Assembly (NCBI GenBank): GCA_963695545.1
Contig: OY968796.1
Span: forward strand, 1,408,001 to 1,472,000
Reading direction: 5' to 3'
Origin: Terriglobia bacterium
GTDB lineage: Bacteria; Acidobacteriota; Terriglobia; Acidiferrales; UBA7541
DNA: 64,000 nt
Below the pieces are notes generated by a model. It worked only from the letters and a program-made list of their open reading frames with translations, made no database searches and was not told where the DNA came from. A program made the translations under genes and the position numbers. Positions 37,395 to 47,949 of the stretch are shown here, piece after piece; position 1 is the stretch's first letter, and every line of letters begins with the position of its first letter.

Positions 37395-39692
37395 ATGCTC
37401 GAAACCGAAGTCAGGGCCACGATTGAATTGGCGGCCGAACACGGCTTGACCGCCGATGAATACGCGCGCGTCCTCAAAATTCTCGGCCGCGAACCAAATC
37501 TTACCGAGCTGGGCGTTTTTAGCGTGATGTGGAGCGAGCACTGCTCGTATAAGTCCAGCCGCGCGCATTTGCGGCGCTTGCCGACGCGCGCGCCGCAGGT
37601 GGTACAAGGGCCGGGCGAGAACGCCGGAGTGGTGGACATCGGCGACGGGCTCGTGGCCACATTCAAATTGGAATCACACAATCATCCGAGCTACGTCGAG
37701 CCGTTTCAGGGCGCGGCGACGGGCGTGGGCGGAATTTTGCGCGACATTTTCACGATGGGCGCGCGGCCGATCGCGGTGCTCGATTCGCTGCGGTTTGGGC
37801 CGATCGCGGTTGAGGCCGGCACGGACGCGGCTACGGCGGCGCGCAACCGGCGGTTGCTGGACGGCGTGGTGCGCGGCATCGCGTTTTACGGAAATTGTTT
37901 CGGCGTGCCGACAGTCGGCGGCGAAGTTGCGTTCGAGGCGGGCTACTCGGGCAATCCGCTGGTCAATGTTTTGGCGCTGGGTATCGCGAAAAAAGAAGAT
38001 TTATTTTTTGCGCGAGCGAGCGGCGAAGGCAATCCGGTGTTGTATGTGGGCGCAAAGACGGGGCGCGACGGGATTCACGGAGCTTCGCTACTGGCCTCGG
38101 CGGAATTTAACGAGGCGAGCCAGGAAAAACGTCCGAACGTGCAGGTGGGAGATCCATTTCTCGAAAAATTGCTGCTGGAAGCATGTCTTGAGGCGATGCA
38201 GACCGGCGCGATCGTGGCGATTCAGGACATGGGCGCGGCGGGACTGACGAGTTCGTCGTGCGAGATGGCTTCGCGTGGCGGCGTGGGTATCGAGATGAAT
38301 CTGGATCTTGTGCCGCAGCGCGAAATCGGAATGAGCGCTTACGACATGCTGCTAAGCGAATCGCAGGAGCGCATGCTGCTGGTGGCCGAGCGCGGGCGCG
38401 AAAACGAAGTGCTGGCGGTTTTTACGAAGTGGGGATTGGATGCGGTGGAGATCGGGCGCGTCACCGGCGATGGATTGTTGCGCGTGCTGCATCGCAGAAA
38501 TGTTGTTGCGGAAATTCCAGCGCAGGCGTTGGCGGACGAGGCGCCGGTTTACCAGCGTCCTATTGCGGCGCCGGCGCGACCGGCTGCGCGTGTTGAAGTG
38601 CCGTTGACGGCGGCGGGGGCGGACTTAACGCCAAATTTTCTGCGCGTGCTTGCGTCGCCGAGCGTTGCGTCGAAGCGCTGGATCTTCGAGCAGTACGACT
38701 ACATGGTGCGCACGAACACGCTGGAAGGTCCGGGTGCGGGAGACGCCGCGGTGTTGCGCGTGAAACCTACGCGGCGCGGGCTGGCATTGTCGGTGGATGG
38801 AAACGGGCGATGGTCGCGTCTGGACCCGCGCATGGGAGCGAAAGCGGCGGTGGCCGAAGCGGCGCGCAACGTGGCGTGTGCGGGGGCGCGTCCGTGGGCT
38901 GCGACGAACTGCCTGAATTTCGGCAATCCGGAAAAGCCCGAAGTGATGTGGCAATTCAGCGAAGCCGTGGACGGAATCGCGGAAGCGTGCGCGGCGCTGG
39001 AAATTCCGATCACCGGCGGGAACGTGAGCTTTTACAACGACACGCTGGGGCGATCGATCGATCCCACGCCGGTGCTCGGTGTGCTTGGTGTGTTGGAAGA
39101 TGCGGCGCACGCGCTGGGCATGGCGTTCCGGGCTGAGGGAGACGTCGTGATTTTGCTGGACGGGCTCGATGATAATGCGGCCCCGGCGGCCGGTGACGCG
39201 GCTAGTTTTTCGTCTTCCGAATACGCCAAGACGATCCGCGGCATCGTCGGAGGAATTCCGCCGTCGGTGGATTTGGCGGCGGAGAAGCGCCTCGTTCGAT
39301 TGCTCGAAGCGGCGGCGCGGGAACAGGCGATTGCATCGGCGCACGACGTGAGCGACGGAGGATTGGCGATCGCGCTGGCGGAATGCTGCACGGCAAGCGA
39401 CGAATTTTCCGTGGATGCGCGCATCGAAGCGGCGGAACCAGCCGAGCACGCCTGCTTTGGCGAGCGTGGCGCGCGCGCGATCGTTTCGTGCGATGCGGCG
39501 CGAGTTGCCCGGCTGCGCGCACTTGCCTCACAATATGGCGTGCGGGCCGACGAAATTGGGCGCGTTGAGCGCGGTGCATTTCGCGTGGCGTGCGGTGAAG
39601 CAGTTGTGGTGAACGCGGCGATGGAATCGGTGCGCGAGGCGTGGGGCGGCGCGCTGAAGCAACTGATGGAATCTGAAACGCACGGGACGTAA
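37395..39692 (+). CDS. purL: FGAM synthase subunit (small PurL)
   Basis: [47 protein letters not shown]. Confidence 0.96.
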   Translation: MLETEVRATIELAAEHGLTADEYARVLKILGREPNLTELGVFSVMWSEHCSYKSSRAHLRRLPTRAPQVVQGPGENAGVVDIGDGLVATFKLESHNHPSYVEPFQGAATGVGGILRDIFTMGARPIAVLDSLRFGPIAVEAGTDAATAARNRRLLDGVVRGIAFYGNCFGVPTVGGEVAFEAGYSGNPLVNVLALGIAKKEDLFFARASGEGNPVLYVGAKTGRDGIHGASLLASAEFNEASQEKRPNVQVGDPFLEKLLLEACLEAMQTGAIVAIQDMGAAGLTSSSCEMASRGGVGIEMNLDLVPQREIGMSAYDMLLSESQERMLLVAERGRENEVLAVFTKWGLDAVEIGRVTGDGLLRVLHRRNVVAEIPAQALADEAPVYQRPIAAPARPAARVEVPLTAAGADLTPNFLRVLASPSVASKRWIFEQYDYMVRTNTLEGPGAGDAAVLRVKPTRRGLALSVDGNGRWSRLDPRMGAKAAVAEAARNVACAGARPWAATNCLNFGNPEKPEVMWQFSEAVDGIAEACAALEIPITGGNVSFYNDTLGRSIDPTPVLGVLGVLEDAAHALGMAFRAEGDVVILLDGLDDNAAPAAGDAASFSSSEYAKTIRGIVGGIPPSVDLAAEKRLVRLLEAAAREQAIASAHDVSDGGLAIALAECCTASDEFSVDARIEAAEPAEHACFGERGARAIVSCDAARVARLRALASQYGVRADEIGRVERGAFRVACGEAVVVNAAMESVREAWGGALKQLMESETHGT

Positions 39693-39722
39693 AGAGCACG
39701 CGCGGCGGAAGACGAACACAAA

Positions 39723-41201
39723 ATGGCCTTTCACGTCGACGACGATCATTTCCACGACCATTGCGCCGTCTGCGGGGTGTACGGACATCCCGAGGCGGCC
39801 AAGCTGGCTTACCTTTCGCTCTACGCGTTGCAGCATCGCGGTCAGGAATCGGCCGGAATCGTTTCCAGCGATGGCCAGCGGCTGCACGCGCACCGGCAAA
39901 TGGGTTTGGTTCAAGACGTTTTCCAGCCGGATGTTTTGGCCGGGCTCAAGGGTTCACTGGCGATCGGGCACACGCGCTACTCGACGGCGGGCGACACATC
40001 GCTTGCGAACGCGCAGCCCATCGTAATCGATTGCAATAAAGGCCCCCTCGCGGTGGGGCACAACGGCAACTTGACGAACGCGCTGGAATGCCGGCGGCGG
40101 CTCGAGCATCGCGGCTCGATCTTCCAGACGACCAGCGACACCGAAGTGATCGTGCACATGGTGGCGCGAAGCGCGGCGCGAAATTTGTCGGGCGCGCTGA
40201 CGGACGCGCTGCTGCAGGTGGAAGGCGCGTTCTCGCTCGTGGTGCTGACGCGCGATGAGTTGTGGGCCATTCGCGATCCGCGCGGTTTTCGGCCGCTGGC
40301 GCTGGGGCGGCTCGGCGACGCGTGGCTTGTGGCCTCGGAGACGGCGGCGTTCGATTTGGTTGGCGGAACGTATCTGCGCGACGTTGAGCCGGGCGAAATG
40401 GTGCGCATATCGCGCGCGGGGCTTGAATCGCTGTCGTTCGCGCCGGAAAAGCCGCATCAATATTGCATTTTCGAGCATGTTTATTTTTCGCGGCCGGATA
40501 GCGTGGTCTTCGGGCGGCCGGTGTACCGCAGCCGCGAAAATCTCGGCCGCTTGCTTGCGCGCGAACATCCGGCCGACGCCGATATCGTCGTGCCCGTGCC
40601 GGATTCGGGCACGCCGGCGGCAATCGGGTACGCGCTTGAATCCGGCGTGCCGTACGGCATGGGCCTGATTCGCAACCATTACATCGGCCGCACGTTCATC
40701 GAACCGGTGCAGGAAATTCGCGATTTCGGCGTGAAGCTGAAACTGAATCCCGTGCGCGAACTGCTGCAAGGCAAACGCGTGGTGCTGGTAGACGATTCGC
40801 TGGTGCGCGGCACGACCAGCCGGAAGATCGTGCGCATGGTGCGCGAAGCGGGCGCGACGGAGGTGCACGTGCGCATCAGTTGCCCGCCGATTATTTCTCC
40901 GTGTTATTACGGGATCGACACGCCCACGCGCGAGGAGTTGATCGCCGCCGGGCCTTCGCGCATTCGGCCGATTATGAGCGATGCGGATCTGGCCGCCCTG
41001 CCGCGCCCGATGACTTCCGAGCAGAGAACCATCGAAGAAATTCGCCGCTTTTTGGGCGCGGATTCGGTGGGATATCTTTCGCTTGAATCGTTGCGCGACG
41101 CCGTGGGAGACCGCGACGAAAAATTCTGCACATCGTGCTACACGGGAAGTTACCCGACGGAGCTCGTGCAACTGGAAACGGCGGCGCATCGTGACGCTTG
41201 A
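39723..41201 (+). CDS. purF: Amidophosphoribosyltransferase
   Basis: Short propeptide before the catalytic Cys, LQHRGQE, GHTRYST, VDDSLVRGTT, Fe-S type cysteines (CIFE, CYYG, CTSC). Confidence 0.96.
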   Translation: MAFHVDDDHFHDHCAVCGVYGHPEAAKLAYLSLYALQHRGQESAGIVSSDGQRLHAHRQMGLVQDVFQPDVLAGLKGSLAIGHTRYSTAGDTSLANAQPIVIDCNKGPLAVGHNGNLTNALECRRRLEHRGSIFQTTSDTEVIVHMVARSAARNLSGALTDALLQVEGAFSLVVLTRDELWAIRDPRGFRPLALGRLGDAWLVASETAAFDLVGGTYLRDVEPGEMVRISRAGLESLSFAPEKPHQYCIFEHVYFSRPDSVVFGRPVYRSRENLGRLLAREHPADADIVVPVPDSGTPAAIGYALESGVPYGMGLIRNHYIGRTFIEPVQEIRDFGVKLKLNPVRELLQGKRVVLVDDSLVRGTTSRKIVRMVREAGATEVHVRISCPPIISPCYYGIDTPTREELIAAGPSRIRPIMSDADLAALPRPMTSEQRTIEEIRRFLGADSVGYLSLESLRDAVGDRDEKFCTSCYTGSYPTELVQLETAAHRDA

Positions 41202-41931
41202 AGGCGGCGGAGCGCCGGAAAACGTAAGGCAGGAGCGCGCGCACACCCAGCGTGGCGGGAAAACGCCGAACGGGAAAATGCTCAGCGGGAAAGTCTGGCG
41301 CGAAGTCGTTTCCTGGTTCTGGGTAATTCTTGTATTTCTTTTCGTCGAAGGCACGCTGGTGCAGGCACGGGTGATTCCGAGCGGCTCGATGGAAGACACT
41401 GTGTTGATCGGGGATCATTTGATCTTGAGCCGGATCGGTTACGACGCGGGCATCCCATTCACGCGCTGGCAAGTGCCGCTGTGGCGCGAACCGAAACGGC
41501 AACAAATCATCGCATTCCGAGCACCGTTCACCGAGGATGGCGGAACGCCCGATCTGATAAAACGCACCATCGGATTGCCCGGCGACACGGTCGAAATCAA
41601 GCAAGGCGTAGTATTCGTAAACGGCCAAGCATTGTCCGAGCCGTATCGCCCCGATCCACCGAATCCGATGGACAACAGCGGACCATACAAAGTGCCCGCG
41701 GGGAACTATTTCATGCTGGGCGACAATCGAGAAAATTCCTTCGACAGCCGCTACTGGGGATTCGTTCCCCGGGAGAATATCATAGGAACGCCAGTTCTTA
41801 TATATATGTCCATCGACGCGCCGGAAGAAGCCTGGGAACCCGGGCACCTGAGCGAGCGGTTCGAGACGTACCTCAGCGCTGCCATTCATCCGAGTGAGAT
41901 TCGCTGGAAGCGCATGTTCCGCACGTTTTAG
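41191..41931 (+). CDS. lepB: Signal peptidase I
   Basis: IPSGSMEDT, LIKRTIGLPGD, GDNRENSFDSRYWG; start uncertain (GTG 41191 or ATG 41278). Confidence 0.9.
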   Translation: MTLEGGGAPENVRQERAHTQRGGKTPNGKMLSGKVWREVVSWFWVILVFLFVEGTLVQARVIPSGSMEDTVLIGDHLILSRIGYDAGIPFTRWQVPLWREPKRQQIIAFRAPFTEDGGTPDLIKRTIGLPGDTVEIKQGVVFVNGQALSEPYRPDPPNPMDNSGPYKVPAGNYFMLGDNRENSFDSRYWGFVPRENIIGTPVLIYMSIDAPEEAWEPGHLSERFETYLSAAIHPSEIRWKRMFRTF

Positions 41932-41980
41932 AATTTTTTAGATCGCGATCAAGCCCCTTCGGAATAGAGGAAAATTCTGC

Positions 41981-43027
41981 ATGCGCTATGCCGATGCAGG
42001 CGTAAGTATTTCGGCCGCGGATGAAGCCAAGCGGCGCATCCGGCGCCTCGCGTCGCGTACATCGCGCCGCGGCGTGCTGGGCGGCGTCGGCGCGTTCGGC
42101 GCGCTGTTTGCGCTGGACACCAAGCGCTGGCGCGAGCCGGTGCTGGTTTCAAGCGCGGACGGAGTGGGAACGAAAATCAAGATCGCCTGCGCCATGGGCG
42201 TGCATCAAACTGTCGGCGCCGACCTCGTCTATCACTGCGTGAACGACATCCTGACGCAGGGCGCACAGCCGCTCTTCTTTCTGGACTATCTGGCACTGGG
42301 GCGCATGGATCCCGACGTTGTCGAGCAAGTGCTTGAAGGGATCAGTCGCGCGTGCCACAAAACGGGCTGCTCGCTGGTGGGCGGCGAGACGGCGGAAATG
42401 CCGGGAATGTACGCGCCGGGGGAATACGATTTGGCGGGATTCATCGTCGGCGTGGTCGAGCGCAGCCGCTTGCGCCGCGCGAAACTTCCCAAGGCGGGCG
42501 ATATTCTGCTCGGATTGCCTTCGAGCGGATTGCATACCAACGGCTACTCGCTCGCGCGAAAGCTTATTTTTGAGGTTGCGGAGCTCACGCCGGACGCGTA
42601 CGTGGCCGAAATTGGAAACAAGATCGGTGCGGAGCTGCTGATACCGCATCGCTGCTATTGGCCGATGATGAAGCGCATTGTGGCGCAGGATTGGCTTTCC
42701 GGAATGGCGCACATTACCGGCGGCGGAATTCCGGGCAATCTTCCGCGCGCGTTGCCGCGCGGGGTGCAAGCGGTTGTGGAGCTTGGCTCCTGGCCCGTGT
42801 TGCCGATCTTTAAATATTTGGCTGCGTTGGGAAATTTGAATCGCGAAGAGATGCTGCAAACGTTCAATCTAGGATTGGGCATGATTCTGATCGTGCCGGA
42901 GCGCAGCCTCCGGAGCGTCGAGGCGGAACTGAAACGGCGCCGAGAAACATTTCATCGCATCGGCGTGGTGCGCAGCGGCGATACGCGCAAGCCGCAGGTG
43001 GTATACACGGGACAGTTGCAGGTCTGA
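41981..43027 (+). CDS. purM: Phosphoribosylformylglycinamidine cyclo-ligase
   Basis: YADAGV, DGVGTK, GGETAEMPG, GLHTNGYSL, HITGGG. Confidence 0.96.
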   Translation: MRYADAGVSISAADEAKRRIRRLASRTSRRGVLGGVGAFGALFALDTKRWREPVLVSSADGVGTKIKIACAMGVHQTVGADLVYHCVNDILTQGAQPLFFLDYLALGRMDPDVVEQVLEGISRACHKTGCSLVGGETAEMPGMYAPGEYDLAGFIVGVVERSRLRRAKLPKAGDILLGLPSSGLHTNGYSLARKLIFEVAELTPDAYVAEIGNKIGAELLIPHRCYWPMMKRIVAQDWLSGMAHITGGGIPGNLPRALPRGVQAVVELGSWPVLPIFKYLAALGNLNREEMLQTFNLGLGMILIVPERSLRSVEAELKRRRETFHRIGVVRSGDTRKPQVVYTGQLQV

Positions 43028-43110
43028 TCCGCCGTTCTCGAATTCGGCGCCCGCGCGCGATTCAAATGCGCCGAGGGGTTGCGCCAACCTTGTGCTAACT
43101 TTATCCGGCT

Positions 43111-43746
43111 ATGACCAAGCGCATTGGAGTGTTGCTATCGGGCCGCGGCTCGAATTTTGACGCCTTGGCGGACAGCGTTGCCGCGGGCCGCATTCCCGAT
43201 GCGGAAATTTCGATCGTGATCAGCAATCGCGAGGGCGCCGAAGGAGTGGCGCGGGCGCAGGCGCGCGGGATTCCTGTGCGCGTGATTCCGTCGAAGGGTC
43301 TCGAGCGAGAGGCCTACGATCGCATGGTGGTCGCTGCGCTCGATGATGGGCGCGTGAATCTGGTTTGCCTCGCCGGATTCATGCGCTTGCTTTCGCCTTA
43401 TTTTGTGGCCGCGTTTTCCAATCGCATCCTGAATATCCACCCATCGCTACTGCCGGCCTTTCCTGGACTCGAGGCGCAGCGTCAGGCGCTTGAGTACGGC
43501 GTGAAATTTTCCGGCTGCACCGTGCATTTCGTGGACGAGAATCTGGACGCAGGGCCGATCGTCGCGCAGGCCATCGTGCCGGTGCGCGATGACGATACGC
43601 CGGACACGCTGGCAGCTCGCATTCTGGCCGAGGAGCATCGCATTTACACCGAAGCCGTGCGGCTGGTTCTCTCGGGGCGCTATCGTGTGGTCGCGCGGCG
43701 AGTGGTGGCGCTCGACGCGGCGGAGGCGCCGCAGGCCAAGCGATGA
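43111..43746 (+). CDS. purN: Phosphoribosylglycinamide formyltransferase
   Basis: [33 protein letters not shown]. Confidence 0.96.
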   Translation: MTKRIGVLLSGRGSNFDALADSVAAGRIPDAEISIVISNREGAEGVARAQARGIPVRVIPSKGLEREAYDRMVVAALDDGRVNLVCLAGFMRLLSPYFVAAFSNRILNIHPSLLPAFPGLEAQRQALEYGVKFSGCTVHFVDENLDAGPIVAQAIVPVRDDDTPDTLAARILAEEHRIYTEAVRLVLSGRYRVVARRVVALDAAEAPQAKR

Positions 43747-44978
43747 CATCTGCTAAAAACTTTCTTCCCGTCGAAGAACAGCTCGGGCGTTTGCGCCGCG
43801 GCGCCGCGGAAATCATCCGCGAGGAAGAGCTGCAAGCGAAGCTGGCGCAATCGGCGCAAACGGGCAAACCGTTGCGGGTCAAGCTTGGCGTCGATCCCAC
43901 GGCACCGGACCTGCATCTGGGCCATACCGTGGTGTTGCGCAAGCTGCGCCACTTTCAGGAGCTTGGGCACACGGCAATTTTCCTGATCGGCGATTTCAGC
44001 GCGATGATCGGCGATCCCACCGGGCAATCCGAAACGCGGCCGCCGCTGACGCGCGAGCAGGTGGACGCCAACGCGAAAACGTACCTCGCGCAAGTGGCGA
44101 AGATTCTCGATCCGGAGAAAACCGAAGTTCGCTACAACAGCGAATGGCTTGGAAAAATGACCGGCGAGGATTTGATTCGGCTGTGCGCGCACTATCGCCT
44201 GGCGCGGATGCTGGAGCGCGAGGATTTTCATAATCGCCTGGAAGCCAACCTTCCGATTTCGGTGCATGAGCTGCTTTATCCGCTGCTGACGGCATATGAT
44301 TCCGTGGCGCTGAAATCGGATGTGGAGCTCGGCGCGACGGAGCAGAAATTCAATTTGCTGGTGCACCGCGAAATTCAGCGCGAATACGGCCAGCCTTCAC
44401 AAGTGGTGATGACCATGCCGATCTTGGTCGGGCTCGACGGGCAAAGGAAGATGTCCAAGAGCCTGGGGAATTACGTGGGCATCACGGAGCCGGCGGGCAC
44501 GATGTTCGGCAAGTTGATGTCGATCTCGGACGTGCTGATGTGGTCCTACTTTGAATTGTTGAGCGAGCGGCCGACGGCGGAAATCGCCGCATTGCGCGCG
44601 GGAGTCGAGGCGGGCGCGCTGCACCCGATGGACGCGAAGATGGGACTCGCGGAGCAGATCGTCGCCAATTTCCACGGGCCTGATGCCGCGAAACACGCCG
44701 CGGAAGAATTTCAACGCGTGTTCCGCGATCGCCAGGCGCCGGCGGAGGCGCCGGTGCGCAAGATTCGGCCGGGCTCGCCGCAAAAACTTTCGGCGCTGCT
44801 GGTGCAGCTTGGTTTGGCGGCGTCGCGCAGCGAAGCCGAGCGGCTGATGAAGCAGGGCGGCGTGGAAGTGGACGGCGCGCGCGTGAGCGACATCAAGCGA
44901 GAAATGGACGTATCGCGGCCGGGCGGATTCTTACTGCGCGCAGGGAAAAAGAAATTTCTTCGGGTGGTGGTCGAGTAG
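43743..44978 (+). CDS. tyrS: Tyrosine--tRNA ligase
   Basis: [17 protein letters not shown]-terminal S4 domain ending GKKKF. Confidence 0.96.
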   Translation: MTSAKNFLPVEEQLGRLRRGAAEIIREEELQAKLAQSAQTGKPLRVKLGVDPTAPDLHLGHTVVLRKLRHFQELGHTAIFLIGDFSAMIGDPTGQSETRPPLTREQVDANAKTYLAQVAKILDPEKTEVRYNSEWLGKMTGEDLIRLCAHYRLARMLEREDFHNRLEANLPISVHELLYPLLTAYDSVALKSDVELGATEQKFNLLVHREIQREYGQPSQVVMTMPILVGLDGQRKMSKSLGNYVGITEPAGTMFGKLMSISDVLMWSYFELLSERPTAEIAALRAGVEAGALHPMDAKMGLAEQIVANFHGPDAAKHAAEEFQRVFRDRQAPAEAPVRKIRPGSPQKLSALLVQLGLAASRSEAERLMKQGGVEVDGARVSDIKREMDVSRPGGFLLRAGKKKFLRVVVE

Positions 44979-45010
44979 CGAATCCAGGATAGCCCATTGC
45001 CGGCGGCGCC

Positions 45011-45931
45011 TTATTGCTCAGAACGCGCCGGATAGACCCGCGCGAACAGAAGCATCGCCAGCACCACCACGAGGACACCGGTCACGCTCCCCTCCGGGCC
45101 GACCGCTCCACCGGTGAGCCAGGCGGGGCCGTGGAACGTCGAGTGAAGCAGGGTTCCGGGCGCGACGGTTCCGCTGTCGGGGGCCGAGAAGAGGAACGTC
45201 TGGCCGAAGTCCCACGCAGCGTGCAGGCCCACTGCGAACCACAAACTTCCGGTTCGGCGCAGCGTCAGGCAGAAGAGCATCGAGATCAGGAAAATCTCCG
45301 GCACTCCGACCCACCCCTCTCCGCCGTTGGTCAGGTGCACGGCTCCGAACACCGCGGAGAGCACCGAGGCGGCCGGCCAAAAGCCGATGCCTTCGGCGAG
45401 CGTCGCGAGCGTGTAGCCCCGAAAGAAAAATTCCTCCCACAGGCCGACGGTGCAGAATCCCGTGGCCCAAGCCAATGTTTCCCAGAGGAGCTTTTCGCCG
45501 TGGAGCGCGATCCCGCCGAATGAGAATCCACCCGCGCCGGCGATTAGAAGGATTACGACGGTCATCATCACGAGTCCCCAGACGGCACCGCGCCAGAATT
45601 GTCCGCCAAACGCCGAGCGAACCGCCAGGCCGTAGGAATCAAACGGGCGGCGCTCGATGCGCGACATCACGATTGAGGCGACGATCGTTGCGAAGAGCGA
45701 GCATATTTCTTGCGTCAGCACCGTCGCGGGCGTCACTACGGATCTAGATATGGGCAGCGGCAGTCCCACTAGCGTCGCGGCGAGAAATGCCAGCGTCACA
45801 AGCGGGAAGAAGATCAGTAGAAAAATCGCGAGCCGCCAGCCGGCGCGCAAGCCGTCGCCTCCAAGAAAGATGCTCTCCCATCCGGTCGGCGGAGCTGCGG
45901 ATGGTGTTGGAGTCGAGGGCTCGCTGGCCAT
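45011..45931 (-). CDS. CPBP family intramembrane glutamic endopeptidase (Abi/CAAX II)
   Basis: EEFFFRGY, FGAVH, GLHAAWD, TGGAVGPEG. Confidence 0.9.
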   Translation of the reverse strand: MASEPSTPTPSAAPPTGWESIFLGGDGLRAGWRLAIFLLIFFPLVTLAFLAATLVGLPLPISRSVVTPATVLTQEICSLFATIVASIVMSRIERRPFDSYGLAVRSAFGGQFWRGAVWGLVMMTVVILLIAGAGGFSFGGIALHGEKLLWETLAWATGFCTVGLWEEFFFRGYTLATLAEGIGFWPAASVLSAVFGAVHLTNGGEGWVGVPEIFLISMLFCLTLRRTGSLWFAVGLHAAWDFGQTFLFSAPDSGTVAPGTLLHSTFHGPAWLTGGAVGPEGSVTGVLVVVLAMLLFARVYPARSEQ

Positions 45932-46150
45932 TCATTCCTCCGGGAAGCCGCGCGGACATCTCCAAACGATCAGTCGCATTCTCTAATCCCGATCCTAATT
46001 GTCGGCGCTTGCAAGCGAAATGCAAAGAAAAAGCGGAGCCTTGCATCCAGAATACTCACGCGGGCTTTGTCAACTGTGGCGCCGCGCGATGGGACGGATA
46101 TAATTGGGCGGAGTTGGGATGGCGCTTCTGTGCCCCGCGGATCGGATCGC

Positions 46151-47398
46151 ATGAAATTATCGAGCGTTCGTTCTTTCTTGCTTTCGTACCGCATGCCGGA
46201 GCCGGTGCGGCTTCCGTTCTATGGAGGCGAACGGACGATTCTGAAGCGCGACGCCATGCTGATTCGCGTGGACGCGGCGCGGGATCTGGTGGGCTACGCG
46301 CCGGGACCCGCGAGCGAGAAGGCGCATCTCGCGATTCAAACCACGATCGCGCCGTTTCTTGAGGGCCGGGAGATTTCCGATCTCGACGCTCTCCGCGCTG
46401 AGTTTGTGGCGGGGCGTGGCCGGAATTTGGAATTGGCCAAGGTTTATTGCGCAGTGGAGGTCGCACTTTACGATTTGCTAGCGCGTGCGCAGGGCGTGCC
46501 ACTTTCCGAAATGATCGGCGGACGCGTGCGCGATCGTATTCGGCTGTACGGCAGCGCCGGAATGTACATGCCACCTGAGAAATACGCCGAGGAAGCCGCG
46601 GCCGTGCAAGCGATGGGTTTCCGCGGATACAAGATGAGGCCGGCGCTCGGCCCGGAGAAGGACGTTGAGACAGTGCAGCTCATGCGCCGCGCCGTCGGGC
46701 CGAATTTTGCGCTGATGGTGGATGCGCACGCGTGGTGGCGCATGGGCGACCTCAGCTACGACTACGCGACGATCGAGCGGCTCGCCCGGGAAATGGGGAG
46801 CGAAAAGGCGGCGTGGCTTGAAGAGCCCTTGCCGCCCGACGATCACGCGGCCTATCGCAAGCTCAAGCAAGCGGGAATTTTGCCGCTGGCGAGCGGCGAA
46901 CACGAGCCGAACGAGGAGCGCTTTCTCGATCTGATTTGCACGCGATGCGTCGATTACGTGCAGATGGATGTGTGCTGCCAGGGCGGTTTCGCGATGGCGC
47001 GGCGGATTTTCGCGGCGATTGCCGCCGAAGGGCTGAAGTTTGCATTTCACAGCTGGGGCACGGCGCTCGAGGTTCTGGCGGCAGCTCAATTGGGAATTTG
47101 CTGGCCGGAGAGCGTGGTCGAGTGGCTCGAATATCCGTGCTATTCGACGGAGACGCGCGCCGGAATGTATCCGTTTCCGCTGGCCGAAGAGATTTTGAAG
47201 CAGCCGCTTGAAATCGCCGCAGGCGATTTGATTGTGCCGCGCGCGCCGGGATTGGGAATTGAGATCGACGAAAGCGTGATCGAACGCTACCCGTGGATTC
47301 CTGGGCCGTGGTCTTATTTTCGGATCGATTCGCCGCCGGAAATGCTGGCCGTCACGTCCGACCACAGCGTGCAGTGGGATGGGAAAGAGGCGCGCTGA
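46151..47398 (+). CDS. Mandelate racemase/muconate lactonizing enzyme family protein
   Basis: ALYDLLAR, LMVDAH, WLEEP, ASGEH, PGLGIEID. Confidence 0.88.
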   Translation: MKLSSVRSFLLSYRMPEPVRLPFYGGERTILKRDAMLIRVDAARDLVGYAPGPASEKAHLAIQTTIAPFLEGREISDLDALRAEFVAGRGRNLELAKVYCAVEVALYDLLARAQGVPLSEMIGGRVRDRIRLYGSAGMYMPPEKYAEEAAAVQAMGFRGYKMRPALGPEKDVETVQLMRRAVGPNFALMVDAHAWWRMGDLSYDYATIERLAREMGSEKAAWLEEPLPPDDHAAYRKLKQAGILPLASGEHEPNEERFLDLICTRCVDYVQMDVCCQGGFAMARRIFAAIAAEGLKFAFHSWGTALEVLAAAQLGICWPESVVEWLEYPCYSTETRAGMYPFPLAEEILKQPLEIAAGDLIVPRAPGLGIEIDESVIERYPWIPGPWSYFRIDSPPEMLAVTSDHSVQWDGKEAR

Positions 47399-47408
47399 AT
47401 CTATTATC

Positions 47409-47873
47409 TTATTTGTCGGGCTCAGCGAGCCGCTTCAATCGCTTGAGGAAATCGCGATTTCTCCGCGCGACGGCGTGGCGCGTTAGGATCCAGTTCACCG
47501 CGCGCGCCACAAATCCGGTAAATTCGTAATCGCTGCGCATGCGCAGGAGAGTTCCGGGCGTTCCGCCGATTTCGACGGGCTCGAAATCCCAGCGCTCGGT
47601 GCCGCGAAGGCCAGAGCGGTCCTCGAAGCGCCACTCAAGCGTCTCTCCCCACCGGCACTCCGTGACCACGGCCGTATGCGATACCTGCCTGCGGCCGATG
47701 CGCCCGGAGATGCGCACCTTTTGCGCGACGGCGAATTCCGCCGCGCCGTCGGACACCTCAAACTCCGTTTGTGTGTTCGGGCCGTACCAGTAGCCGATTC
47801 GTTGCGGAATAAAATAGGCGAAAAGCCGGCGAGGCGAGAGGGCGACGTGCACTTGCGTCTCGATGCGCGTCAT
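47409..47873 (-). CDS. SRPBCC/polyketide cyclase-like protein
   Basis: START-like beta-rich pattern ending in a C-terminal helix (FLKRLKRLAE). Confidence 0.65.
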   Translation of the reverse strand: MTRIETQVHVALSPRRLFAYFIPQRIGYWYGPNTQTEFEVSDGAAEFAVAQKVRISGRIGRRQVSHTAVVTECRWGETLEWRFEDRSGLRGTERWDFEPVEIGGTPGTLLRMRSDYEFTGFVARAVNWILTRHAVARRNRDFLKRLKRLAEPDK

Positions 47874-47949
47874 GGTGATTGAGTATGCCTTTTACCACGA
47901 CGCTCGGCACGCGGTCGTGCGCGGGTTTTGCGCGCGCACGACGCATCGC

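Noticed and set aside
39954..41399. Long antisense and alternative-frame ORFs (also 59996-61399, 57969-59066, 35580-36650 and others)
   Set aside because: Shadows of GC-rich genes with clear family motifs on the other strand or frame; no independent protein features.
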